Shown here one piece after another: positions 40,117-49,929 of a DNA stretch of 64,000 nucleotides. A model generated the notes under the pieces. That model was not told where the DNA came from and made no database searches. It was given only the letters and a program-made list of their open reading frames with translations. A program made the position numbers and the translations under genes. The DNA is taken from IMG/VR virus record IMGVR_UViG_3300027608_000013. One strand, 5' to 3'. The stretch is from a virus. Positions within the stretch are counted from its first letter, which is position 1; the number at the start of each line of letters is the position of its first letter.

Positions 40117-40755
40117 ATGGCATACTTAAATGCTAATATACCAACAATTACGTGTTATATACGCAACGAATTTCTATTCAATCATGAAAAAGGGTTAGGA
40201 GAATTTACGGCAGCAGATGTACATTCTGTAGCATCTATACAAAAACGAACCCCATTATTTGAAGCATTTCTAGAAAATGGAGTCAATTGGACTCGTAGAC
40301 CAATTCATGCATTTTGCTGGAAACCAGATTCAGAACGTTTACCATTAACTGAACATGTTTATTGGGATTGTTTTTCACATTACATTAATGTACATGTTAG
40401 AGAACGATTGAGTGGTTATAGAGCAGATTTAATTTCAATAACAGGAGTTAAACGTCAAGGAAATTATTTATTTACATTGGATTGGGCGCACGAAAATAGA
40501 AACATGTTAGATACTAATTTTTCAGAAACGCCGGAACATAAGTGTGGACATGTATTTAAAATGGATAATGGAAATTATTTTATATATCCTAACAACAGAA
40601 TAATATGGATGGATAATGCTTGGACATTCAATCGAATTGATAAGAACCCTGGTTATAAAATTGATATGACTGTTTATTCAGTTGAAAGCAATGCTGGATA
40701 TGAAACTGATTATTCATATATGACAGAATTCAAACAAGATAAATTAAACAAGTAA
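40117..40755 (+). CDS. Hypothetical phage protein
   Basis: Intact ORF with 'WDCFS', 'EHKCGH', 'PNNR'. Confidence 0.65.
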   Translation: MAYLNANIPTITCYIRNEFLFNHEKGLGEFTAADVHSVASIQKRTPLFEAFLENGVNWTRRPIHAFCWKPDSERLPLTEHVYWDCFSHYINVHVRERLSGYRADLISITGVKRQGNYLFTLDWAHENRNMLDTNFSETPEHKCGHVFKMDNGNYFIYPNNRIIWMDNAWTFNRIDKNPGYKIDMTVYSVESNAGYETDYSYMTEFKQDKLNK

Positions 40756-40762
40756 TATTTAT
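40756..40762 (+). promoter_or_regulatory. Putative late-promoter motif TATTTAT (recurs at 33561, 44343, 57706, 60416 and others)
   Basis: ATATTTATTAATATG is identical before the ORFs at 40767, 44354 and 57717. Confidence 0.55.
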
Positions 40763-40766
40763 TAAT

Positions 40767-41099
40767 ATGAAACTATATGACATATTATTTGAATCTAAAG
40801 ACTCAGTAACCAAATTTGAGGATTTTGCTGAGACTAGAGGTAAAGGTGCTGCTAAGATAGCATCAACGGCCGAACAGAAAGGCGGGTTGGCATTATTAAC
40901 ATGGCATCATTTCAAAGTTAAAGCTGCATATTATAAACGAGCAATTGCTGGTAAATTTCAAATAGACCCAGCAAAAAAAGAATTTGCAGAAACTTTAAAA
41001 AAGATTTCATTGGATATGACAGCAATCGAATTTCAAAGAGAAGTAGGACGATTGGAAGTATTAGGTGAATTGATTATTAGAGAGGAACAAGGAAAATGA
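40767..41099 (+). CDS. Hypothetical protein (MKLYDILFE start)
   Basis: ORF following the late motif. Confidence 0.6.
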   Translation: MKLYDILFESKDSVTKFEDFAETRGKGAAKIASTAEQKGGLALLTWHHFKVKAAYYKRAIAGKFQIDPAKKEFAETLKKISLDMTAIEFQREVGRLEVLGELIIREEQGK

Positions 41100-41911
41100 T
41101 CCGTTTAAAATCTTTACTTACAGAAGTCAAAATAACCGGAAATGATGTATCAAATGATCAGTCATTTGTCAGTTACTTAAAAAAAGTAGAAGGATTTAAA
41201 GATAAAGCATATGATGATCAAGATCCTACTAAAGTAATAAACCCCGGAGATGTAGTCAAAGGAGTATTAACTATAGGATATGGACATACTGGTCCGGATG
41301 TAAAACCTGGTGATACAATTACTGAGCCTGCCGCGACTAGCAAACTAAAACAAGATATCATTGAACATTTTGATAGAGCATATGCATATGTTTCTGGGAA
41401 ATTTCCGAATGAAATAGCAAATTTAGATTTAGAACAATGGAAAATGTTAACGGATTTTGCATTCAACCCAGGACTTAATAAATTTCCTAAATTTGCAGAA
41501 GCAGTTGTCTTTAAAAATTGGCCTAGTGCAATTAAAAATTATAAAAGATTTTTTAATGGATCTGAATTAACTCAAAGAAATTCTCAATTTTATTCATTGT
41601 TTTTAGTTGATAAAGACACATCATATAAAGAATTAGGTAAAGGAAAAGACGCCCCAGCTAATCTTGTAGGAACAACTGGCAAAACATTAACATCTGTGGA
41701 TTATTGTTCTAAGTTAGCAGGAGCCCCTCAGTTTACAGCACAAATTGCTAGAATTATGCGATTTGCTGAATATTATGTTGAAGCAAATAAAAAGAAAAAC
41801 GGGGTTACGTTACCGTTAAATACTTATATTAAAAAATATTACCCGGAATTAACAAATATTGGTATAACACCACAAAATTGGGATAAGCCCGCATTTTGTT
41901 CTAGAGGATAA
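41096..41911 (+). CDS. GH24 phage lysozyme-domain protein
   Basis: 'VEG...AYDD...LTIGYGHTG', 'DFAFN.G', 'L..R'. Confidence 0.85.
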   Translation: MIRLKSLLTEVKITGNDVSNDQSFVSYLKKVEGFKDKAYDDQDPTKVINPGDVVKGVLTIGYGHTGPDVKPGDTITEPAATSKLKQDIIEHFDRAYAYVSGKFPNEIANLDLEQWKMLTDFAFNPGLNKFPKFAEAVVFKNWPSAIKNYKRFFNGSELTQRNSQFYSLFLVDKDTSYKELGKGKDAPANLVGTTGKTLTSVDYCSKLAGAPQFTAQIARIMRFAEYYVEANKKKNGVTLPLNTYIKKYYPELTNIGITPQNWDKPAFCSRG

Positions 41912-41917
41912 AAAATA

Positions 41918-42745
41918 ATGATACGATTAAAAAAATTATTAATAGAAAATGATTCGCCGATATACCCAACCGGTCATCAATATAATGTTCTAGAACAAGC
42001 TTCAGCAATATTGCGTAAAGAAGAATCAATAATTTTAACACCAATATGGGATGTTAATAATTGGCGTATTGGCTATGGTAGTAGTACTATTACAAAACCG
42101 GACGGCACTATTGTAACATTATCAAGCAACAAAGCAGTAAAACCAACCAATTCAATTACAAAAGAAGATGCTGAACGTGATTTAAAACGTAGATTACGAG
42201 ATGAATTTATACCTAAAACAAAACGAGATATCGGAACTAATTATAATAAACTTAATAATAGTACCTTAGCTGCATTGACATCTGTAACTTATAATTATGG
42301 AACAATTCCGTCTACCGTTTTAACTAGCGCTAGAACTGGAAATCTTAAAGAAATTGCAAAAGCTGTAGCTAAATTATCTGCTAATCCTAACCGACGTAAA
42401 CGAGAAGCAGATTGGATATTAAGTAGTGCATATGCCAACGTAGTAGAACCCACAAAAAAGCCTACCGCCACCGGAAAGAAATCCACTCCTACAATGGATG
42501 ATATATATAAACAACTTCAACAACCTCTAGATATGAACAGCATATTAGGTGCATTTGATAATCCGAAAGCTAGTACTCCTAAACCAAAAACTAGTACTAC
42601 CGCGCCAAGTACTTATGTTGTTGTATCTGGTGATACATTAGGCAAAATTGCAACTAAATACAAAACAACGATTCCAAATCTTAAAAAAATAAACAATTTA
42701 AAAACTGATACAATTAAAGTAGGACAAAAACTTAAAGTTAAATAA
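41918..42745 (+). CDS. GH24-like lysozyme + C-terminal LysM
   Basis: 'EE..WD..RIGYGS', 'SVTYNYG', 'RRKREA'; LysM 'YVVVSGDTLGKIA.KY..LKKIN..IKVGQKL'. Confidence 0.85.
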   Translation: MIRLKKLLIENDSPIYPTGHQYNVLEQASAILRKEESIILTPIWDVNNWRIGYGSSTITKPDGTIVTLSSNKAVKPTNSITKEDAERDLKRRLRDEFIPKTKRDIGTNYNKLNNSTLAALTSVTYNYGTIPSTVLTSARTGNLKEIAKAVAKLSANPNRRKREADWILSSAYANVVEPTKKPTATGKKSTPTMDDIYKQLQQPLDMNSILGAFDNPKASTPKPKTSTTAPSTYVVVSGDTLGKIATKYKTTIPNLKKINNLKTDTIKVGQKLKVK

Positions 42746-42780
42746 TTTGGATTTCTAATTCAAATTTTATATTATATGTT

Positions 42781-42987
42781 ATGAAAGATGAAAATTTTAT
42801 TCTTCAGTTATATAAAGAATCAGTAAATGCAATGTCAGGATCCAATTGGATGTGGCCTGATTCTTGGGATATACCTAGAAAAATTAATTTTTTAAATGAC
42901 GCATTAAGTTATGGTGAAAAATTCGAATTATATGAACAATGCGGGATTATTAGAGATGTCAAGCAAAAAATTGAAACCCAAGAGTAA
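42781..42987 (+). CDS. Hypothetical protein with UVR-like coiled motif
   Basis: 'ELYEQCGIIRD'. Confidence 0.5.
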   Translation: MKDENFILQLYKESVNAMSGSNWMWPDSWDIPRKINFLNDALSYGEKFELYEQCGIIRDVKQKIETQE

Positions 42988-43231
42988 ACGGGGAACATGG
43001 CAAGTAACTTTGCATGATGATCCCGTAAATACATTTGATCATGTAATTGAATGTCTCGTAGACATTTGTGCACACAATGAATTTCAAGCACATCAATGTG
43101 CATTAATAGTACATAACAGAAAACGTTGTGTAATATATAAAGATAATTGGGCTGGATGTGAAACAGTGAAACATATGTTACGTTCAGAAGGTTTAACAGT
43201 AACAGTTGAAAAATATGAAAAAGATAGTTAA
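42956..43231 (+). CDS. clpS: ClpS-like N-degron adaptor
   Basis: 'LHDDPVNTFDHVIECL..QAHQCALIVH'. Confidence 0.8.
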   Translation: MSSKKLKPKSKRGTWQVTLHDDPVNTFDHVIECLVDICAHNEFQAHQCALIVHNRKRCVIYKDNWAGCETVKHMLRSEGLTVTVEKYEKDS

Positions 43232-43400
43232 TTGGATTCTTAAAATACGTATCGCATTACGTCATGCAGAATACCATCGAAATTTAAGATGGGCACAAGA
43301 AGCCCGAATCAAACAAGATATTATTGCATTTAAACGTTATATTTATCGAGCAGAAGATGCTTGGCGCAAACTAGTTATATTATCAGAAAAAACAAAATAA
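43215..43400 (+). CDS. Hypothetical protein
   Basis: Coupled ORF. Confidence 0.45.
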   Translation: MKKIVNWILKIRIALRHAEYHRNLRWAQEARIKQDIIAFKRYIYRAEDAWRKLVILSEKTK

Positions 43401-43787
43401 ATGGGAAAGAAATCCGCACACACCGGCGAATCGCCGAAAGACAGATGTATTAACATCATGGACAAGTTTATTGCACGTAGCAATAGACAAGCAGCTCATA
43501 AACCAGTATTACCGGCTCGAAGAAAAGATCCAGATGTGTCAATGGAATTATGGCCACTTAAAGATCAACTTGAATATTGGGAAAAAAGAACAGATGCTGA
43601 CCGATTTGATGAGAAGTATCAATATTATTCAAAATGGATTGACGAAGTTCAACAAAATTCCGGAGTGCATTCAACATTTTTTACGGATTGTATAATGAAG
43701 TTGAAACCGGAGTTGCTTGAATTGTTTGAAAAGAAAACCATTCCGGGTAAAGCGGCAAGAGAACTTCAAAAATATGGCGTATATTAA
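43401..43787 (+). CDS. Hypothetical protein
   Basis: Coupled ORF. Confidence 0.55.
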   Translation: MGKKSAHTGESPKDRCINIMDKFIARSNRQAAHKPVLPARRKDPDVSMELWPLKDQLEYWEKRTDADRFDEKYQYYSKWIDEVQQNSGVHSTFFTDCIMKLKPELLELFEKKTIPGKAARELQKYGVY

Positions 43788-44342
43788 ATGGCTGAAAAAG
43801 AGTACAAATATATTTATGGCATTGGTAAGACGGCATTAGATATTCCTGAAAGCGATATACGATATGCAATGGAGAATACCAAATCCAATGCAGAAGCAGC
43901 TCGCTTTCTAAAAGTCTCTTTTACTACTTATAAAAAATATGCTCGGTTATATACTGATAGGAATTCTGACAAGACATTGTATGAACTACATAAGAATCAA
44001 TTTGGTATAGGCATACGAAAAGACGTTGCAAATGCCCGCAAAGGAATATATTCTATAGATGCAATACTTGAAGGTAAGCATCCGCAATATCCTTCTTGGA
44101 AACTTCGCAATCGATTATTGGCATTAGCAATATTGCCAGAAGAATGCAATTCATGCGGATATGCAGAACGCAGAGTAACTGATGATACAGTGCCATTGAT
44201 GCTAGATCATGTTGATGGAGATGAAACCAATCATTGCATAGAAAATATTCAAATGCTTTGTCTCAATTGTTACTATCAGCAAACAGGAAATCCTTTCAAT
44301 CAAAACAAAGAAACTTATTGGAATTACAATTTGCTTGAATGA
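43788..44342 (+). CDS. HTH + HNH nuclease-like protein
   Basis: 'SNAEAARFLKVSFTTYKKY' HTH; 'CNSCG..LDHVDGD..N..ENIQMLCLNC'. Confidence 0.75.
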   Translation: MAEKEYKYIYGIGKTALDIPESDIRYAMENTKSNAEAARFLKVSFTTYKKYARLYTDRNSDKTLYELHKNQFGIGIRKDVANARKGIYSIDAILEGKHPQYPSWKLRNRLLALAILPEECNSCGYAERRVTDDTVPLMLDHVDGDETNHCIENIQMLCLNCYYQQTGNPFNQNKETYWNYNLLE

Positions 44343-44353
44343 TATTTATTAAT

Positions 44354-45103
44354 ATGATATCAATGAAAAAGCTTATTGTCGAAGGACGTTATGATAGTTT
44401 AGTTACTACGCTGTCAAACAAACTGCTTGGAATTGTAAAGGATAGTTACGAAAATGTAGATGATTATACTGGTGAATTCTCCGGACAAAAGATTTATTTC
44501 AAGCAAGGAGAAACAATTCCTAATATTGATGATGATGACCAATTCAAACACATTTACTTTGAAGAAGTAGAGAACACCGAGATACCGGTAGAATTCTATT
44601 TATCATTCAAAGTAATGTGGGTAGAAGGACTCAATGATTTTCGTTACGGTGGCGATGCATATAATCCAACCACACGCAACTCCGCAGAACCTCCCCTAAT
44701 AGAAATACGTTTTGAATTAGATCCTGCAGATTATCCTCGCATATTGAGTGACGTTGCAATGCATCTTCGTGATGTACTTCGACATGAAATTGAACATACA
44801 ACACAAAGTGGTTGGAATACAATTGATGGAAAATACATTGCATCAGATCAAGCGCTTCGTAAAAAAATAGAATCTGGTGCACTTCCACCAGCACGATATT
44901 TCACATTACCAAAAGAAACTCCAGCAATGATCCAAGGTTTATATTTCAAAGCCAAAAAAAGCAAACAACCATTTGCACAAGTAGTAAACGATTACCTAGA
45001 TTTATGGGTTAGCAATGGTGCATTAACTCCACAAGATAAACAATATATATTAAAAACATGGAAAACATATTTGACTAAACTGGCAATAAGACAGGAGCTG
45101 TAA
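44354..45103 (+). CDS. Putative zincin-type metallopeptidase (HExxH)
   Basis: 'LRHEIEH.TQ' and downstream 'Y..LP.E..A' third-ligand pattern. Confidence 0.55.
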   Translation: MISMKKLIVEGRYDSLVTTLSNKLLGIVKDSYENVDDYTGEFSGQKIYFKQGETIPNIDDDDQFKHIYFEEVENTEIPVEFYLSFKVMWVEGLNDFRYGGDAYNPTTRNSAEPPLIEIRFELDPADYPRILSDVAMHLRDVLRHEIEHTTQSGWNTIDGKYIASDQALRKKIESGALPPARYFTLPKETPAMIQGLYFKAKKSKQPFAQVVNDYLDLWVSNGALTPQDKQYILKTWKTYLTKLAIRQEL

Positions 45104-46149
45104 TGATAAAATTAACACCGATATTAGAAATGCAACTAATTAAAGAAGCGTTGCCATTAAGTAAAGCACGAGAATTTGCTAGTATAGAACGAAACCCCGG
45201 AATTGAAAAACACTTAAATTTAATTTTTGAAAAACTTAAATCTGAACCAGGTGCAAAAGTGTTAAATGAGTTGGGCCGAGTTGCAATTCCAGTAGAATTA
45301 AGCGCATCAGAATACTTACCTGCAGGTTATACAGGAGATGACGAATGGGATGAAGATTTTGATCATTCCACTCAGTTAGAGACGTTTGCTGAGTCTCTTT
45401 GGGATGCAGAAGGTTGGATAAATGCTGTTATACGTAGAAATCCTAAGAAAATTGATTCTAGTTATAAACCAATAGATACTAGCATGATAAGCCTTTATAA
45501 TATTATAACAGGAAAAAATCTTAAAGATAATTATGACCGAGAAGTTAAAATGGCTAAATTTATTCCGTATCTCATAACAACAGCTTATAAATTAGAAAAT
45601 ATTGAGACTGGTATTAACTCCCCAGATAAACGTGAAACTGACGAACAATTAAAAACTAAAATAAAAGAAAAAATAAATCAATTATTAGCAGATTATAATA
45701 ATATCCCAGAAGTAAAACTTAGAATGGGAATGTCAAATGTAACATCGAGTACAAAGTTTTATATAGTTTTTTCAAAACATTCATATGATGTTGCCGGAAT
45801 GAGTACCGATCGCGGCTGGACAAGTTGTATGAATATATACAAAGGTATAAATGCAAGGTACATACAATATGATATAAAAGAAGGAACGATTGTAGCATAT
45901 CTAATTAAAGAAGGTGATTTTAATATAAATAATCCAACGGCTCGATTAGCAATAAAACCTTATGTGAATATTGATAATCCAGATGACGTTTATTTTCAAC
46001 CTGAAAACAAAATATATGGAACTCCATTTATGGATATGAAATCTGCAGTAAATACAATTTTTGATAAAATACAACCAGGAAAAGCTGGGACATTTGCATT
46101 AGTTGATACTTTATATTGTGATTCTGGAGTCAAAAACATCGAAAAATAA
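45103..46149 (+). CDS. Hypothetical protein
   Basis: Intact ORF; 'MSTDRGWTSCM' block. Confidence 0.6.
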   Translation: MIKLTPILEMQLIKEALPLSKAREFASIERNPGIEKHLNLIFEKLKSEPGAKVLNELGRVAIPVELSASEYLPAGYTGDDEWDEDFDHSTQLETFAESLWDAEGWINAVIRRNPKKIDSSYKPIDTSMISLYNIITGKNLKDNYDREVKMAKFIPYLITTAYKLENIETGINSPDKRETDEQLKTKIKEKINQLLADYNNIPEVKLRMGMSNVTSSTKFYIVFSKHSYDVAGMSTDRGWTSCMNIYKGINARYIQYDIKEGTIVAYLIKEGDFNINNPTARLAIKPYVNIDNPDDVYFQPENKIYGTPFMDMKSAVNTIFDKIQPGKAGTFALVDTLYCDSGVKNIEK

Positions 46150-46177
46150 TTATAAATAAATTGAAGGATATACACCG

Positions 46178-46645
46178 ATGCAATACATTGATGAAGCTTG
46201 TTGGGATGGTTACCAACAACGAGGAATGAAAGATAAAGGCGGTAAACAAGTACCTAACTGTGTGCCGATAAAAGAAGCCGAAGCATATTGTGAACAATGC
46301 TTAATAGAATACATCAAAGAAGCACATACTACAGATCATCCGGAATTTATAGAAATTATACAACCTGGACTTAATGAAGCCGAGTATCAAGGTCGCCAAG
46401 TTCAATTAGGAAAACCAAGCCGCGGCGACGTAAAGAAATTCAAAGTGTATGTTAAAAATGGCAGTGGCAATGTTGTAAAGGTTAATTTTGGCCATGGCGG
46501 TACATCGGCAAAAAAAGCTGGGCAAGCAACAATGCGTATCCGTAAAAGCAATCCGGCACGTAGGCGTTCATTCCGTGCAAGACACCGTTGTGAAACTCCC
46601 GGTCCGCGTTGGAAAGCACGTTACTGGTCTTGTAGAAATTGGTAA
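46178..46645 (+). CDS. Basic modular protein, probable head-internal protein
   Basis: 'CWDGY..G.K...VPNCVP' and 'EAEYQGR..RRSFRARHRC..ARYWSC' modules separated by xxE sites. Confidence 0.6.
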   Translation: MQYIDEACWDGYQQRGMKDKGGKQVPNCVPIKEAEAYCEQCLIEYIKEAHTTDHPEFIEIIQPGLNEAEYQGRQVQLGKPSRGDVKKFKVYVKNGSGNVVKVNFGHGGTSAKKAGQATMRIRKSNPARRRSFRARHRCETPGPRWKARYWSCRNW

Positions 46646-46682
46646 CGGTTGGATACTCAATTAAAATTCCATAAACTATAGT

Positions 46683-46805
46683 ATGAAACAGATAGAAATT
46701 ACATTGCAGGAAATTTGGCAAGCAACTCGTCCAATCATACAGAAGAACAAGAAAAAATATAATAGAAAAACGAAGCATATGCATGTTGATAATAAAAAGT
46801 CCTAA
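46683..46805 (+). CDS. 40-aa basic peptide, ArfA-like (not in ORF track)
   Basis: MKQIEITLQEIWQATRPIIQKNKKKYNRKTKH...; preceded by a TTGGAT-N17-TAAACT promoter-like sequence. Confidence 0.5.
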   Translation: MKQIEITLQEIWQATRPIIQKNKKKYNRKTKHMHVDNKKS

Positions 46806-46875
46806 ATAAATACTAATCTATATTAGGTTTTTGGTACAATCTATATTATCAATTGATATTTATTAATAAATAACT

Positions 46876-48108
46876 ATGAAACCATTAATCATCTCCCTCC
46901 TATTTATTTTAATAAATTTATTTTCCTACTCTCAAGGAGTAGCGATTAATTCAGATGCTAGTAATCCAGACGCATCAGCCATTTTGGATATCAAATCTAC
47001 CACAAAGGGTGTTCTAATATCTAGAATGACCCAAACTCAAAGAAATTCTATTACTTCTCCAGCAACCGGACTGTTAGTTTACCAAACAGATAACACCCCT
47101 GGATTCTACTACTACAACGGTACAACATGGATTGCGTGTGACACAGACACAGATACAAATAGTGGAGGTACTTTAACAAGTGTAACAGCAGGGAGTGGAC
47201 TTGATGGTGGTACTATAACATCTACCGGAACAATATCAATGCCAAATGTGGGTACTGGAGGAAGTTATGGTTCGGCTACACAAACACCAGTTTTAACTAC
47301 TGATGCTCAAGGTAGAGTAACGGCCGTTACAAATACAACAATTACAGGAACAACACCTGGAGGTGCAGCAGGTGGGGATTTAACTGGAACATACCCAGAT
47401 CCTACAATAGGAACAGGTAAAGTAACTTCAACTCACATATTAGATGGAACTATTACAACAGCAGATGTTGCAAATAGTGCAATCGACGGAACAAAAATAA
47501 ATTTAACATCAAATGCAAATGGCGATATGATGTATTATGATGGTACTGATTGGGTGAGGGTTGCTGCTGGAACATCAGGGCAAGTTTTACAAACCAATGG
47601 TGCTGCCATACCGACCTGGGTTACTAAACCTGATAAATTTAACATCAATTTTACCAATGGAGCTGGATTATCTGTAACCAATAATTTGTGGTATACTTTA
47701 ACAGCATCTCAAACATTAACATCTACCGCTCAAGGAACATCCCCAGATAGAAGTGGATTAGCAATTCCCATCCAAAATGCTTTTACATTTACAGCAACAC
47801 AAGCTTGTACTATGACTGGATTTAGAATGTGGATTTCAAATAGTACAACAAATAAAATTTATGCTGTTTCTGTTTATAAATACCCCATTGCCACGAATGC
47901 AACAGTTTTAGGTACTGGTGCTGCTTTAATTGCTTCAACCAACGTAACAGTTTCACCAACTGTTGCTTACGGAATGACATCAGTTACCATAACTCCAACG
48001 GCAACAACAATAAATGCGGGGGAAGTAATTATGATAATGATAAAATCATCACCTACTAATACCCAAACAGTTTACTTAAACGGATCAATGGAATTTACAA
48101 ATCAATGA
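46876..48108 (+). CDS. Secreted Bacteroidota-type fibre/adhesin-like protein
   Basis: Signal peptide ending 'YSQ'; '[30 protein letters not shown]' module; Gly/Thr-rich repeats. Confidence 0.7.
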   Translation: MKPLIISLLFILINLFSYSQGVAINSDASNPDASAILDIKSTTKGVLISRMTQTQRNSITSPATGLLVYQTDNTPGFYYYNGTTWIACDTDTDTNSGGTLTSVTAGSGLDGGTITSTGTISMPNVGTGGSYGSATQTPVLTTDAQGRVTAVTNTTITGTTPGGAAGGDLTGTYPDPTIGTGKVTSTHILDGTITTADVANSAIDGTKINLTSNANGDMMYYDGTDWVRVAAGTSGQVLQTNGAAIPTWVTKPDKFNINFTNGAGLSVTNNLWYTLTASQTLTSTAQGTSPDRSGLAIPIQNAFTFTATQACTMTGFRMWISNSTTNKIYAVSVYKYPIATNATVLGTGAALIASTNVTVSPTVAYGMTSVTITPTATTINAGEVIMIMIKSSPTNTQTVYLNGSMEFTNQ

Positions 48109-49421
48109 TAAAATTTATATTCATATTATTTTTTCCATTGTGGATTTATTCACAAGGTTCCCTAGTTGTGTCTAGTGGTACAAATATTGTCTCAACAAAT
48201 AACCCAACTATAAATTTATATAATACCAATTTATCCAATAATACAGGAACGAACAATTTAGGTTCAGGAACTATATGGGGATTTACTGGAAATGTATCAC
48301 AAAATATAAACGGTACAAATATCACAAACTTCCACGGTTTAAGATTAAATAACACGGCCGGTTATACTTTAGCATCCAACACCACAATTACAAATCGTTT
48401 AGAAATGGTTAATGGTAATATTGATTTAAACGGTAATACTTTAGAGGTTGGGTCAAGTACATCAAATCCTGGTGAAATTAATTGGGTAAATGGAACAATT
48501 ATCGGACCACTTAAAAGATGGTTTGCCCCCTCAACTAATTCAACACAATCATCAGGTATCTTTCCAATTGGAAACAATACTACAAATAGAAACGTAATTA
48601 TAAATTATACTCAAGCACCAACGGATGGTGGTTATATAATTGTTGAATATAAAAGTGGCATTCCTTCAATGGCGGATATATATGGTGGCTTACCAATATG
48701 GACATCAGATGGGCAAGTTATTCAAAATTACGAAAATGAAGGATATTTTGATATAACACCATTTGATTACAATAGCTCTTTAAACACAAAACAATACACA
48801 TTAACCATGCGAGCAAATCAATTAGTTAATATGAATGATAAATCTATTGTACGACTAATTAAAAGCCCTGGACCGTCTCATACAACATGGGTATCTTGTG
48901 GTTCACATTCCTCTATTAATGGATCTTTAAATAGTGATTTTACTGTAACAAGTACAAATGTTACTGGGTTCAGTTGGTTTAATTTTGGTAGTCAAAATGA
49001 AAATCCATTACCGGTTGAATTACTTTATTTTGAAGGAATAGCATACCCATCGTTTAATAGTTTAAAATGGGCTACCGCTTCAGAACACAATTCAGATTAT
49101 TTTTTAATTGAAAGATCAACAGATGGAGAAGATTGGAGACAAATAACAATAAAGCCGGCAGCAGGTAATTCAACAGAAAAAACAAACTATTTTTATTTAG
49201 ATAACATTGATCAATTTATAATACATTACTATAAATTAGTTCAATATGACATTGATGGTAAATTTGAGGTTTATGGTCCAATAATGTTGGACAACAGAAT
49301 CAAAGAAAAAAAGATTGTAAACTATATCAATACAATGGGACAAGAAGTTAACCCTATTCACGCAACCGGATTAATTTTTGAGGTGTATGAAGATGGATCA
49401 ATAAAACGCGTTATAAGATGA
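48105..49421 (+). CDS. Secreted protein with 'PLPVEL' FN3/Ig-like C-terminal region (T9SS-cargo-like)
   Basis: Signal peptide; '[43 protein letters not shown]'. Confidence 0.72.
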   Translation: MIKFIFILFFPLWIYSQGSLVVSSGTNIVSTNNPTINLYNTNLSNNTGTNNLGSGTIWGFTGNVSQNINGTNITNFHGLRLNNTAGYTLASNTTITNRLEMVNGNIDLNGNTLEVGSSTSNPGEINWVNGTIIGPLKRWFAPSTNSTQSSGIFPIGNNTTNRNVIINYTQAPTDGGYIIVEYKSGIPSMADIYGGLPIWTSDGQVIQNYENEGYFDITPFDYNSSLNTKQYTLTMRANQLVNMNDKSIVRLIKSPGPSHTTWVSCGSHSSINGSLNSDFTVTSTNVTGFSWFNFGSQNENPLPVELLYFEGIAYPSFNSLKWATASEHNSDYFLIERSTDGEDWRQITIKPAAGNSTEKTNYFYLDNIDQFIIHYYKLVQYDIDGKFEVYGPIMLDNRIKEKKIVNYINTMGQEVNPIHATGLIFEVYEDGSIKRVIR

Positions 49422-49894
49422 AAAAAATAATTCCAAATTTGCTAGCAATTGTAATTGCAGTGGCGTTTCCACTCATTATGAGTCAATTAGAAGATGTAAA
49501 ATCAGTGAGTGCCTTTTGGAATACCGAGTCACAACCATTGTTTATTATTATGAATGCTGCAACATCATACTTTTTATTTTCTTCAGACAGATGGCAAATG
49601 CCCGGGCTATTGCTTTTATTGTTAACAGCATTCAGCGTTACGGGTTGGCCGGTTGCACATAACATATTTGCATTTACATTTTTTATCACAGCAACGTTTC
49701 CAATGATAGCAGCGCATCGGTTGCATTGGTATTTGTTTCCATATTTTGTAGGAGCAGCAGCAATGTATTTCAATTTGTTAATAGGAGAAATCATTTGCAT
49801 TGAAACTCTTTGTTTGTATCATTTACATCTGATACTATATAAACAATGGTTGTTAAATAAACATCAAAAATCATTGCAAAAGATTGGAAAATAA
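49418..49894 (+). CDS. Multi-pass membrane protein
   Basis: Five to six hydrophobic segments. Confidence 0.6.
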   Translation: MKKIIPNLLAIVIAVAFPLIMSQLEDVKSVSAFWNTESQPLFIIMNAATSYFLFSSDRWQMPGLLLLLLTAFSVTGWPVAHNIFAFTFFITATFPMIAAHRLHWYLFPYFVGAAAMYFNLLIGEIICIETLCLYHLHLILYKQWLLNKHQKSLQKIGK

Positions 49895-49929
49895 CTTTTT
49901 ATTTCATATAATATAGAAAATAAAGAGTT

